Source: Octopus sinensis (lineage: Eukaryota). From it: DNA of 64,000 bases. Each line of letters starts with the position of its first letter. Position 1 is the first letter of the stretch. The notes under the pieces were generated by a model. That model did not search any database. It saw only the letters and a program-made list of their open reading frames with translations, and was not told the DNA's origin. Made by a program: the position numbers and the translations under genes. The DNA lies in contig NC_043000.1 of NCBI RefSeq assembly GCF_006345805.1, positions 43,338,001 to 43,402,000 of the forward strand, written 5' to 3'. Below, one piece after another: positions 1 to 11,497 of the stretch.

Positions 1-48
<48 letters not shown>
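1..48. repeat. (TA)n microsatellite; representative of many TA tracts (e.g. 600-662, 1691-1750, 11878-12020, 16803-17025, 25905-26110, 48440-48555, 59940-60010, 62580-62820)
   Basis: Direct dinucleotide runs. Confidence 0.98.
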
Positions 49-53
<5 letters not shown>

Positions 54-55
54 CG

Positions 56-574
56 CGCAGGGATGACGGTGTGGTGTAAGAGGCTTGCTTACCAATCACA
101 TGGTCATGTCCAGTCCCTTTGCGTGACACCTTGGGAAAGTGTCTTCTATAGCCTCTATGAGTGGATTTGGTAGACGGAAACTGAAAGAAGCCAACTATAT
201 ATACATATATACATACATACATACATGCATGCATACATGTGTATAACCTTTGCATTTGATTTTTTAAAGTCTTTACCCCCATACTTTCGTGAGTTGAATT
301 GAGCAAACACTATATGAGAGAGGTTTTCTTTAAGTATTAGAAATAGTTTAACAAAAGTTTTTTTAGCTACTATTTCTAATGAGTTCAGTATGCGGCAAAG
401 TAATTTATTTTACTAAGCCCTTTTATATAATGTAATATATATATATACCTATATTAGTGTGTGTGTTTGTGTTTGTCCCCACCAACACTTGACAACCTAT
501 GACAGTGTGTTTATATCCCCGTAACATAATGGTTCGGCAAAAGAGGCCGTTATAATAAGTACTCGGCTTCTAAG
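56..574 (+). mobile_element. SINE family A (tRNA-derived head, central microsatellite, conserved tail); degenerate and interrupted copy
   Basis: Head 56-195 (…ccttgggaaagtgtcttctatagcc…gagtggatttggtagacggaaactgaaagaagcc) and tail 460-574 (ttgacaacc…ccccgtaac…ttcggcaaaagag) match the copies at 8089-8513 and 17468-17852. Confidence 0.8.
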
Positions 575-600
575 CTTAAAATAAAAGCATGAATAGAAGG

Positions 601-663
<63 letters not shown>

Positions 664-666
<3 letters not shown>

Positions 667-1013
667 TTTTGCTCTTTTACTGGTTCCAGTCATTTGACTG
701 GAGCCATGCTGGTGCACCGCCTTTAGTCGAGCCTAGTACTTATTCAATCGGTCTCTTTTGCCGAACCGAATTGGTACGAGGACGTAAACACACCAGTTTC
801 GGTTGTCAAGCGATGTTGGGGGGGGGGAAACACAGACAAACAAACATATACACACACACACACGACAGACTTCTTTCGTTTCTGTCTACCAAATCCATTC
901 ACAAGGCTTTGGTCGGTCCGAAGCTTTAGTAAAAGACACTTGCCCAACGTGCCATGCAGTGGTACTGAGCCCGGAACCATGTGGTTTTTAAGCACACAGC
1001 CACTCCTACGCCT
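664..1013 (-). mobile_element. SINE family A, near full length
   Basis: Reverse complement of the 8089-8513 copy along its length, with a short internal deletion. Confidence 0.9.
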
Positions 1014-1230
1014 ATGTATACACACGCATATATACATATACATATGCATATATATATGCCAACACACAGAAACACAAACATACATATATATTACAAGTAT
1101 ATTCATTATAAGCGTGTGTTTGAGAGGGCGCATGTGCATGTGTAATCTGTTTTAAGAATACGCTGGGTTTTTCGCTAATCTAAACACCTTCATTGTGTTT
1201 AGATACTGATACCAATACAAGAGGAAGCTG

Positions 1231-1352
1231 GACTCTGACGAATGTAGCATTAATACCCTAGGTCGTACAACCTTTCTCAACCGATCAATGCACCGATAGG
1301 GGACACCTGTGCATAAAGAACCTATAATGACTACTGGAAACAGCTGTAAGTC
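1231..1352 (+). ncRNA. Type I hammerhead-like motif with long helix II loop
   Basis: GACU(1231-34)-CUGACGA(1235-41)…GUAG/CUAC…GAAA(1337-40); palindromic ACAGCUGU helix III; N17=A1348; AGUC(1349-52) closes helix I. Confidence 0.55.
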
Positions 1353-1399
1353 AATTTTGTTATATTAAAGCAATATGAAATGCCCATTATTTATTCGTC

Positions 1400-1437
<38 letters not shown>

Positions 1438-1488
1438 AATATTAAATTTCTAAATATATCATAGAGATATGTACGCTGGTGGGGCGAG

Positions 1489-1684
1489 AGAATGGTTTTA
1501 TACTGTTAAGTTAACGTGACAGTAGGGGATTACACCTCCGCTGTTTAGCCCTAGGAAGCATCGGGTTCGACACATTTAAGGACACAGGAAATGTGTCGAA
1601 GCCGACAGGAAGCGTTGATGCTTCCTAGGGCCAAACAGCAGTGGTGTAATCCCCTACTCTCACGTTAAATTGACAGTATACAAC

Positions 1685-1690
<6 letters not shown>
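1489..1690. mobile_element. Fold-back element / MITE-like hairpin
   Basis: 74-bp arms 1489-1562 and 1617-1690 with 7 mismatches; inner perfect 12-bp IR 1566-1577/1589-1600. Confidence 0.75.
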
Positions 1691-1778
<88 letters not shown>

Positions 1779-1781
1779 CTG

Positions 1782-1812
<31 letters not shown>

Positions 1813-4275
1813 CGTTTTGTTGAATGTAGAGTGGAAATGAGGACCATGTAATTTAGAAATCAGTTTTGTAATGATATGGCAGCATTATGGCTTTTTGTAA
1901 TATCTATTAACTTAACCGCGTATCGAAAGGATCTTTCTTAATGAAAGTATGCAGAAATAATGTATGAAAAAGCAGATGAGATGATTTTTATCTGTGATAG
2001 TAAAATTCATTTTGCTAGGTCTTGTGTCGTCGTGATTGTGACTGAAAATTGTCTATAGATATTTTTTTATGTGGAAGAACAGAATATTCACCATTGGAAA
2101 CGACGGAAGATTCTATATTATGTATATATATATTATGTATCTACAAACATCAAATAGACATGCAGTCATATACATATACACATACACTACATATTAACCT
2201 AGGTATATATGTGTACCAGAATACTTTTAATTATGAAAATATGCCCGTCTCTCTGTGAGTGTGTTTTTGTGTTTGTCTATACCTATGTATATAGGTATAG
2301 CATTTGAGTGTGCTTACGAGTGGATTTGTTTGCATGTAAGGTTGCATGTAAGTTTGCATGTAAGTGCGCAGGTATCTCCTGCTGTTCAATTGATATTTTA
2401 TTCTGCCACTGTAATAATCAGGAAACAGACAAAGCTATTTCTTTCAGCGGGGCTTTAGCCAGAAACACATTAGCTCAAGCTCTCATTTTAAATTCTCTTT
2501 ATTCCAGTTTGTCAGTACTTATAAAAGCTGACAAAAAGAATATGACAATCAGGGATACTTGTCATGAGCAAAACCAGAAATGCTTAGAAGGAATATGAAA
2601 TAAATTGACATTTAAAGATGGAATTTCTGCCCAACATAACAACAACAAGGTCATTTTAAATGAACATTAGGGGGATAGAGATTAAGATGTTCGGTGATGT
2701 CGATGTGTGAAGCAATATTGATTTGATGTGAAAATATTAATTCTCTTGAGCCAGAGTTTCTGACTTTTCAATACGAGTTGATGGCTGGCATATTACAAGA
2801 ACGGAGATTCTTGCATTGCTTCTACTGAACATTCAGAAGAAACTCTATGGAATTGCGAAGGCTGCATTAGATAAATAAATGTACATTTATTAAGTGCATC
2901 TGATGTATGAAAAGCAAAATATGAGAAAATAAATAAGAGAAGGAAAAAATAAAATGAACAAATAAACAAAGATATGAAGAGGAAATATCTTTTTATATGA
3001 AATGTTCACCAAGGACAGAAGAAATGGTGGATAAGTGACAGGTGTTTTATCTTTGCAGTCACAATATAACAAACATTCGGTATAATGGCATTGGAATAAT
3101 TGTACACAGTTCTCTTAGCTTGTCAGTCACATGTGCTTGAAATTTTGCAGTTCACGTTGAACCTCACCAATCAAAATGTTTTTGACATAGACATATTATA
3201 TGCATTAGATAAACAAAAGAGTTATATGTGTTCGCTCTCGTGCCGTTTAAAATCGAACTGCATGAGATGATTTATGTACAGTCAATAGGTAAAATATAAG
3301 CTGAAATTTCGGTGTACAGATGAGGTTCAAATTCATATACTTCCAGTGGAACATTCTTTTACAGATTAATTCATACAATAAAACCAGTGATACTACACTT
3401 TACAGATAACCTACAGTTGTTTACTTATAAGTCGATGGTTGTACCAGCAATAAAGTTGATCATTTCAGCGGGAGATAAATAACATCATTTAATCAACACG
3501 GGGTCCTTATGTGGGATACTACTAGTTTCCTGCCCTGATAATACAGCATAATGGCACGAGCTTGTAGAGTGTGCTGTGTACTATTCTGCAATATTTCAGA
3601 CTCAACGTAAACATAGCTGCTCTCCTACAAAAGAACGAGAACGAAAAAGATTGGGAATTAACAATCATTGGTGTGGTTAATTCGACAGGGTAAGGTTAAA
3701 GTTTTCAGGAATGTACATCTATCCGAAAATCTGGTATTCTCAGATATGATAGTTGAGACTCAACTTGAAGTTTGTTTTAGTGAAACTTTCAGATATCTAG
3801 TTCAGTAGTTCGGTGGAGTTCTTTGATTAAAATCAAGATATGAGTTCGGTTAAATATCCCCCAAACCAATAAGTGGGGAATCGATGAGCTTTAGGTTATG
3901 AGTTAAGTAGGTCCAGGTTTTGTATAGCTGAAAGACCTCATATATTCAAAATGTAACTTACTCGTTCTTTTGTTGCTTTTAGTCAGAAGGGTATGCCAAG
4001 ATGGAACATCACCTTTAATGTGCCTGATATTTTTTACATATATTTCACGCTCACTTAATATTTCTGGTGAAGAAACGATTTGGACAGAGCTGCTTTTCTT
4101 TGCGTTTACTGTTGCGATGCGTGTTCATAAAGTACTGCAAATGAAAATTTGTCGCGATATCATTTGAACACATCCACAACTGCAGATAGCTGACTTCTGA
4201 GGTTGTTATGCAGAGTTGTATATACATACATACATAAATATATATATATATATATATGTAAAAATAATATACAAT

Positions 4276-4442
4276 AATTACTCGGTAGCCAAGATAAAAC
4301 TCTGAGTTTTGGATGCCGAGGTGGAAATGCACACCACCATCTCTTCAGTTAGGCGTATACGTGAGTATACTGAAGAGATGGTGGTGTGCATTTCCACCTC
4401 GGCATCCGAAACTCAGAGTTTTATCTTGGCTACCGAGTAATT
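4276..4442. repeat. 74-bp inverted duplication (1 mismatch, 19-nt loop) of a hammerhead-bearing repeat
   Basis: Arms 4276-4349 and 4369-4442; right arm homologous to 31199-31275. Confidence 0.9.
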
Positions 4443-4459
4443 CTCACATTATTTTTACA

Positions 4460-4551
4460 GATAAATTCCTCTATTTACAAAATATTGAGGTCTCTTTCTT
4501 TCTTTTGTTATCTTACCGTTTTTACCAATATATATATATATATACCTACAT

Positions 4552-4583
<32 letters not shown>

Positions 4584-4700
4584 TCTCTCCCTGTTTATCT
4601 ATGTCTTACTTTCTAACGAAGAGCGTGGCTCGAAACGTAAAAGAATTTCTCACTTTCTGAGCCTGAAACTAATGCATCTGTTTGTTGTTTACACCCACGT
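4460..4700 (+). mobile_element. Penelope-like terminal repeat relic with hammerhead motif (core G5->A)
   Basis: CUUU-CUAACGA-A-GAGC gug GCUC-GAAACGUA-AAAG at 4609-4643; motif shared with 35247-35281; flank aaactaatgcatctgtttgttgtttaca shared with 52790-52820. Confidence 0.65.
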
Positions 4701-5060
4701 ATACGCCTATATATGTTTATATACATATATATGTGTTTGTGTGTGTGTGTGTGTTTATACATATGCAAACATAGATAGATACATACATACTTAAGCACAT
4801 ACGCACAAGAGTGCACACACAGGCATTATATATGAAGTTTGCTTAAACGCTCTAAATCTAGAAATTTCGGCAAGAATATAAGGTCCTGCTCAGTAGACTC
4901 ATGTAAGGCTCTCCAAAGTTGTAGCTCTCTGGGCAGTAAAAAAAATCGTTATCTTCATCAGTTGAAAACGGAAAGAATGCGATAAAAGTAGATTACGAAT
5001 TGTATATAAATCCTGTGTAATATAACGCTTCATACATGAAATTTTGGGAAAGCCGTCAAC

Positions 5061-5137
5061 ATTAAGAATACTGTCACGGCCTTTTAGATACAATACAGAT
5101 TAAGAATACTGTCACGGCCTTATTTGATACAACACAC
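5061..5137. repeat. 38-bp tandem duplication
   Basis: attaagaatactgtcacggcctt…gatacaa occurs twice (5061, 5099). Confidence 0.9.
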
Positions 5138-5330
5138 ATCTTAGTCTTGATACTTCTTGATGATTTCGTTAACCATACAAATTCATCAATTATTCTACCA
5201 ATCAACCAAGCAAGCAAGCAACCAATCAATCAATTAATCAATCGATCACTCAATCAATGAATTAATGTGTTTGTATACTCGTTGCTTAGATGAGCAACAA
5301 CTTTTTTCTAACTACTACTTCTACCAAAGG

Positions 5331-5364
5331 TCCTGAAGAAGGGCACTTCACGCCGAAATATAGA
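5331..5364 (+). ncRNA. Minimal hammerhead-like motif
   Basis: CUGAAGA(5333-39) AG GGC acuucac GCC GAAA(5355-58) UAU A; palindromic AUAU helix III; helix I only 2 bp. Confidence 0.4.
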
Positions 5365-8088
5365 AATACAGGGTAAAACTGCAACTTTGTTGGTTTCCTT
5401 TCCCTTGGGTAGTTTGTACCTTCTCGTATTATCCTAGCCTTTCGCAAGTATCTTCTTTAAAGTTATACCATACAATGTTTCACCAAAACTACCTCATTGT
5501 AATATATTTATATATATACGTCTATGGCTATCAAAAACATTTGATTTTACATGAGCTATTCTATGTAGACGATAGCGGCCATGGCGTTATTTTCCGAGTT
5601 ACTATAACCATCGTTATAGGTCATTAGATTAGTGAGACTCCTTCATATTTCGAATCTTTTACCTAGTCCCTGTTTTATCGAAAACCCGAGTGGATTTTCT
5701 CGCATCATTACTAATAGAGCTGATGATAAGCCCACGGAAAGACAAGAGAACACTCTGAAGTTAACTTCTTCTAGTCGTTCACCTCTTCAAAAGATGCTTT
5801 GACGTCACCATCGTAAATAGAGATTCCGCTTACCCTACTATTGTCTTCTTTCGTTCCACTCTTTTCTACACAACCGGGTTTATAGAAATGTAATTTTGTA
5901 TAAAGACACCGGTATGTTGTCTATTCTTGCCTAAAGGAGTTGGGGTTATCAGAGTAATTGTTACTACGGAAAGAGCAGCAGGTAAAATAAGCGAACGTAA
6001 TGAAAACAGAATTGGTGTGATCACTAAATAATAGGTAATGAATGAATAGCAGACACATTGAACACTATCAAAGTTAAAATGTCTCTATATGTGAGTGGAG
6101 TTTGGTAGACGCCAAAGATATGAAAAAGTACGAAAGTGCTATTCCTATTGTTGAGGTGTACAAACAAAATCCATATCTATGTTTACAGCGACCTTCTGTT
6201 CCGTGGATGCCTTTAGATAATCATTACACTTTTGTAAATTATAGTCTGCGATTGAGGCCTCCAGTCTGACATTTGCTGCATCTTTCTAATCTTCACTACC
6301 ATTCAAATACGCATAAACATGGTTGTTTCTCTTTTGACGAAATCACGTAAGAAAGGAAGTGAGTAAACTTTGGTTTTCATACTTTACTCTGGCTCTGAAT
6401 TCAATCAAATATATAACTTTGATATAGTCTTGTATTTAAATGTTTCCATTTAATGTTGTTTTCGATGTGCAGTCAAGATAAAGTAGTTATCTTCGGTAAT
6501 CATTTGCAAGAAACACACACCAGGAGTAAAGTTAATTTAGAAGTTGTCAAAGGAATATATCATACGTATATAGAAAATATAAATGGGACTTGACACACCC
6601 GCTTCTTTGCTTACGAAGAACAACGCTGAAAGAACATAGTGAACATATACGATGAATGAAAATATCATATTAACTGTAAATTTATTGGAGAGGTGTGAGG
6701 TTGTGAAGTTCTGCACTGAAATTCTCATTTTGAACAAATAAGCAATAAATAACTGAATAATTGAATGATGAGTCTAGGGAAATGTCGCTGTCATTTGTTG
6801 CATGTATGTATGTATGTTTGTATGCATTATGTATGTATGTATTTATGCATGTATGCTTGTATATATGTGTGAACATTTAAGAATATTCAACATAAAATAG
6901 AAAGAGCAAGAAATAACACATAAGACAATAGATTTTAGTAAATTTTGAAAATTGACAGACAACCATCTACCCTAATAATAAAAGTCTTAACAATCTTATT
7001 TTCATGATTGAAGATTTGTTGTTCTCGGTCAAGTCTCAAGCAAGAACTTTGGTTTCCGTTTAGATTGTTCTATTGCAAATTTTCTGCTCATTAGTATCGT
7101 ATTTATGACACCAAATTTTTAGGTAGTACACTTGGGTATTCATCTGTAACGAAACAACCAAACGGTACCGTTTGCATGTGTATTTCAATTCGTTCTATAA
7201 TGTCATTTGTTTTGCAATGGGATTTAAAATGCACAGATAATCAAGTCATTTCATGTCAAAGTGTATATATTTCTTTTTCACATTGGAAAATGAACATCAT
7301 TTAGTTTTGATTAAATATCCTAATGGGATTAAGAATTACTTTTCGTTTTAGATAGAATAATTAAAGAGGGAAATGTATTTCGTTTTTGCAATTTTACCAA
7401 CTGAAACTGGGAATGTAATAAATGAAACCAGAAAGTTTTTGGAAAAGTAGCCTCTAACTAACGAATAATGATGTTGTTTTAATGTGTTAACACTCGAGAA
7501 AAGTAAAAGCTCATATCACTGGGAATGATTGGCCGTTGAAAAAGCCTGGACTGCAACTTTTATTCGTTTGAAGACAATTTTACATGAAGCAAGATGTTAA
7601 ATTGAATATACAGCTCTGTCAAAATGTATTTTGTTTCTCATAAATCTGGCTTTTATGAAATCTGACATTGAAATCTTACCTACAATAAATTATATTGGGC
7701 CTGTACAATAAATTACATTTCATAATGTTGAATGGAACATGAAGGTCAAAGCAACAAGGTATTTGGAAGAAATATGAAATATCTTTGGTTCAATTCTTAG
7801 CAGTATCATGCTATTTTGCTTTTGGCGATTGTAATTAAATCGCCGATTCCATTTCTGCATATTTGCCTTACATACACAAGAATTATAGTATATTTTCCGG
7901 TCATTTAGCATTTCAGATAACAAAAGTGTATGTACCTTCATATTCCTAAAGGTGCGCTAGTAGTCTCCAGACGGTGGTGGTGAGAGTCGTGTTAGGAGTG
8001 AGAGTGACGGTGACACTGGTAACGTTGCGGCTGGTGATGAATTCAAAAGTCAAACAACTTGGAAATTATTTTAATTTTCTTTATATAA

Positions 8089-8254
8089 AGGCACAGGAGT
8101 GGCTGTGTGGTAAGTAGCTTGCTAATCAACCACATGGCTCCGGGTTCAGTCCCACTGCGTGGCATCTTGGGCAAGTGTCTTCTGCTATAGCCTCGGGCCG
8201 ACCAATGCCTTGTGAGTGGATTTGGTAGACAGAAACTGAAAGAAGCCTGTCGTA

Positions 8255-8291
<37 letters not shown>

Positions 8292-8513
8292 ATGTGTTTG
8301 TGTGTGTGTGTTTGTCCCCCCTAGCATTGCTTGACAACCAATGCTGGTGTGTTTACGTCCCCGTAACTTAGCGATTCGGCAAAAGAGACCGATAGAATAA
8401 GTACTGGGCTTACAAAGAATAAGTCTCGGGGTCGATTTCCTCGACTAAAGGCGGTGCCCAGCATGGCCGCAGTCAAATGACTGAAACAAGTAAAAGCGTA
8501 AAAGAGTAAAGAG
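8089..8513 (+). mobile_element. SINE family A, full length
   Basis: tRNA-like head (tggctgtgtggtaag…gggttcagtccc); CORE-like cttgggcaagtgtctt; central (TA)/(TG) tract; tail ending gaaacaagtaaaag. Confidence 0.92.
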
Positions 8514-8609
8514 TATACAGATACACACAAGTATACGGACACTTAAACACACACATATCATCCATCAACCCATCAATCCATCCATCTATCCATCTTTCTG
8601 GGGATCTAT

Positions 8610-8612
8610 CTT

Positions 8613-8710
<98 letters not shown>
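8610..8710. repeat. (TATC)n tetranucleotide repeat (also 34295-34378)
   Basis: Direct. Confidence 0.97.
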
Positions 8711-9332
8711 GAGAAGCTTTGTCGGGAAAAGCAAAATAACTATGTTTGTATGTAGCATGTTCATATGAATGCTTATGTGTGTGTATGTTCTTTCATTTGT
8801 GTGTATGTGTGAATGTAAACACTTTTGGCAAATATATTTTAATCAGAAGTAAAATCACATGTTTATTATCGAGTGTAAGTAATATACTACTCATCTGATA
8901 TGTATAAAACACTCTATTATGAACACATCTATTTTCTTTAGAAAATACTTTGTAATTTACTTAATTATCACACAAGAACTTTTAGTACTTTTATGTGATA
9001 TATTCTTCAACTGCGTTTTCTATATATTTTCATCCACCTAAAGTGTTAACTGCAATTTACAGTAGACAAACATTTCAAATGATGCTATAACAAACATGAT
9101 TTCTAAAATACGGTTATATAATGGTATAGTGTTATAGAAGCAATAGCCGGTGCATCTAGGATAATTTTATTAACGTTACGTAACACAAAACCACCACTAC
9201 AAATGTGCTTCGATCTATCAAAGGTAGCCACAGATGTACAGTGTACGCAGTGGTATTTGTGACCCTTCTTTTTACCTTTAACGAGAAACAACAGAAAAAG
9301 CTTCAAACTCGGTGTGTGTGTGTATATATATA

Positions 9333-9567
9333 TAGGCGTAGGCGTGGCTGTGTGGTAAGTAGCTTGCTTACCAACCACATGAGTTTGTTGCACTGATGAA
9401 CATTAAATGCATGTTCTGCATTAAATGCGAAATCACATGTGTAACTGAATTCTTTTTTAAAATGATGTGTTTTGAAGTTTTGCATTCGGTAAAATTTTGT
9501 TTATTTTTAGTAGTTTTGACCGCATTGTGTTGGTATCTACGAATAGTAGTACCCTCAATATAATATA

Positions 9568-9631
<64 letters not shown>

Positions 9632-9898
9632 ATGTATATATATATTTATGTGTGTGTGTGTGTGAGTGTGTGTGTGTTTGTGTATATGTTTGTGTGTCCA
9701 TGTTTGTCCCCCAGCATCGCTTGACAACCGATGCGGGTGAGTTTACGTCCCCGTAACTTAGAGGTTCAGCAAAAGAGACCGATAGAATAAGTACTAGGCT
9801 TACAAGGAATAAGTCCTGGGCTCGATTTGCTTGACTAAAGGCAGTGCTCCAGTATGGCCACAGTCGAATGACTGAAACAAGTCAAAGAGTAAAAGAGT
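9333..9898 (+). mobile_element. SINE family A split into head stub (9333-9380) and tail (9650-9898) by an unrelated insert
   Basis: Both parts match 8089-8513; the insert carries an HHR-like motif. Confidence 0.8.
9387..9447 (+). ncRNA. Degenerate hammerhead-like motif
   Basis: CUGAUGA(9393-99); 12-position helix II ACAUUAAAUGCA/UGCAUUAAAUGC with 2 mismatches; GAAA(9429-32); GUUGCA/UGUAAC helix I possible but then N17=G. Confidence 0.4.
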
Positions 9899-10446
9899 GT
9901 ATATATCTCTATATTATAATTCTGAAATGCGAAAAGTTTGTTTGTTTGTTTGTTTGTCTGGTTTTGGCATTGAGAACGGGTTAAAGGCCACTAGATCCCG
10001 TCGGATTGACTTCAAAATTTACAGGGACATGTAAAATGAGGTGAGGATGTGAGTGGGCTAGGTTAGAACTCCCCATCTTAAAATGTGTCGTTGCTAGGGC
10101 CAAAAACGCACTTTGACAAGTCTACTTTCATTCTTTTATGTATCTGTCTTTCTCCATCACACACTCTCTTTCCTCCCTTCCTTTCACATTCTATCTATAA
10201 CGTCGTTTCACAGCGTCTAACCTCCCTTACCTTCACTTTCCCTTTATAAAGTCATTTCACAGCGTCCTATATCTCCCCACCTCCCCGCATTCATACACAC
10301 TTTCACACACACTCTCTCTGTCTCTCTCTATCATCGCCAACACCACCACACAATCATGAGAACAAATATTATGAATCAGATATTTATTGGGTTAATTGAT
10401 ATATATGTGTGTGTGTGTGTGTGTTCTATATATAAATATGTATATA

Positions 10447-10667
10447 CGAGGGACGTTCAATGAGTAATGCCTCTGACCCTCTTGCAGTTGTTTGATCATG
10501 TGCAATCATTTATATCTCTATAGAGTAAGTGGCAAATTACAGCTCTGAGTTAATTGTGGTTTCTGATTTACAGGTATTTGAACCGAGTCAAGTGTGAAAT
10601 GGAGCCTGTTGAGTGTCGAGCAGTGATCCGGTTTTTGTATTTGAAAGGACGCACACCACGGGAGACT
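10447..10667 (+). mobile_element. Mariner 5' fragment (TIR plus first 23 transposase codons)
   Basis: TA|CGAGGGACGTTCAATGAGTAATGCC terminus; ATG 10599 gives MEPVECRAVIRFLYLKGRTPRET, a typical mariner N-terminus. Confidence 0.8.
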
Positions 10668-10763
10668 CGCCAGCACTTTTAACATAGGTGTGCATATTTG
10701 TATACATATATATATATAATTTGTATACAAATATGCACACCTATGTTAAAAGTGCTGGCGAGT
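10665..10763. repeat. Perfect 42-bp inverted repeat, 15-nt AT loop
   Basis: 10665-10706 is the exact reverse complement of 10722-10763. Confidence 0.95.
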
Positions 10764-10931
10764 TTGCATGGCAACTATTTTTTCCTCAAATGAAAGGCGT
10801 GACCTCTAGGACAAAATTCCTCATCTTATAAAATGTGGCCCGAGTAGACCCGAAGGAAATCGGGTTATATTAACCAAAATGTGAAAAGCGGTCTAAATGA
10901 AACTTGAAGGGGATTAAAATTCACAGGAGCG

Positions 10932-11220
10932 GGTGTTTAGGAATTCTTTGTTACATCAAGCTAAAAAATTTGCGCCAGCCTTTTAATCGTCAATGTGTTG
11001 CCGTCCATGATGAAGAAGTTTTGAATGCTTGCCAAGGTGAGTCTACTTTCGTGAGAAAGTATCACTTCAAAAGTTGGTGTTTAGGAATTTTCTTTCACAT
11101 CAAGTTCAAAATTTTACTCCAGCCATTAAACTGTCAATACGTTGCTGTCCGTCGTTAAGAAATGCCAGCCATGGTGACTCTACTATCCTCAGATTCTATC
11201 CCTTCAAACTTTGGTTTCCA
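10932..11220. repeat. Diverged 144-bp tandem repeat, about 2 units
   Basis: ggtgtttaggaatt at 10932 and 11076; both units contain acatcaag, ccagcc, gtcaat, ggtga-tctact, cttcaaa in order. Confidence 0.85.
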
Positions 11221-11497
11221 ATATTTTTTTATTTATATTCAGCTGGCAAGTTCGTCTGTCCCTTTTAAATGTTAGTGTTTTGCTGTCTGCCTTGAAGCAG
11301 ACCTTTCCGTTGTCACTGCCTGATATTTATGATTGATCTTTCAAAATATATTCTTTCTCAACTTACTCAAGATCTTTTGTTATTTATAGATGGGAGAGAG
11401 ATAGATAAAGATAGAGAGTAAGAGAAAGCGAGATATAGTTCGAGAGAAAGGAAGAGCAAGAGAGTGGGAAAGTGAGAGAGAAACAAAGAGGAAGAAT

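Noticed and set aside
5720-5745. Isolated CUGANGA matches (also 16097 minus, 19537, 28921, 47035 minus, 48782)
   Set aside because: No helix II, GAAA or NUH in the correct arrangement; expected by chance.
5560-6370. Possible decayed retroelement coding sequence
   Set aside because: Complexity is higher than the flanks, but stops are frequent and I could not assign a motif.
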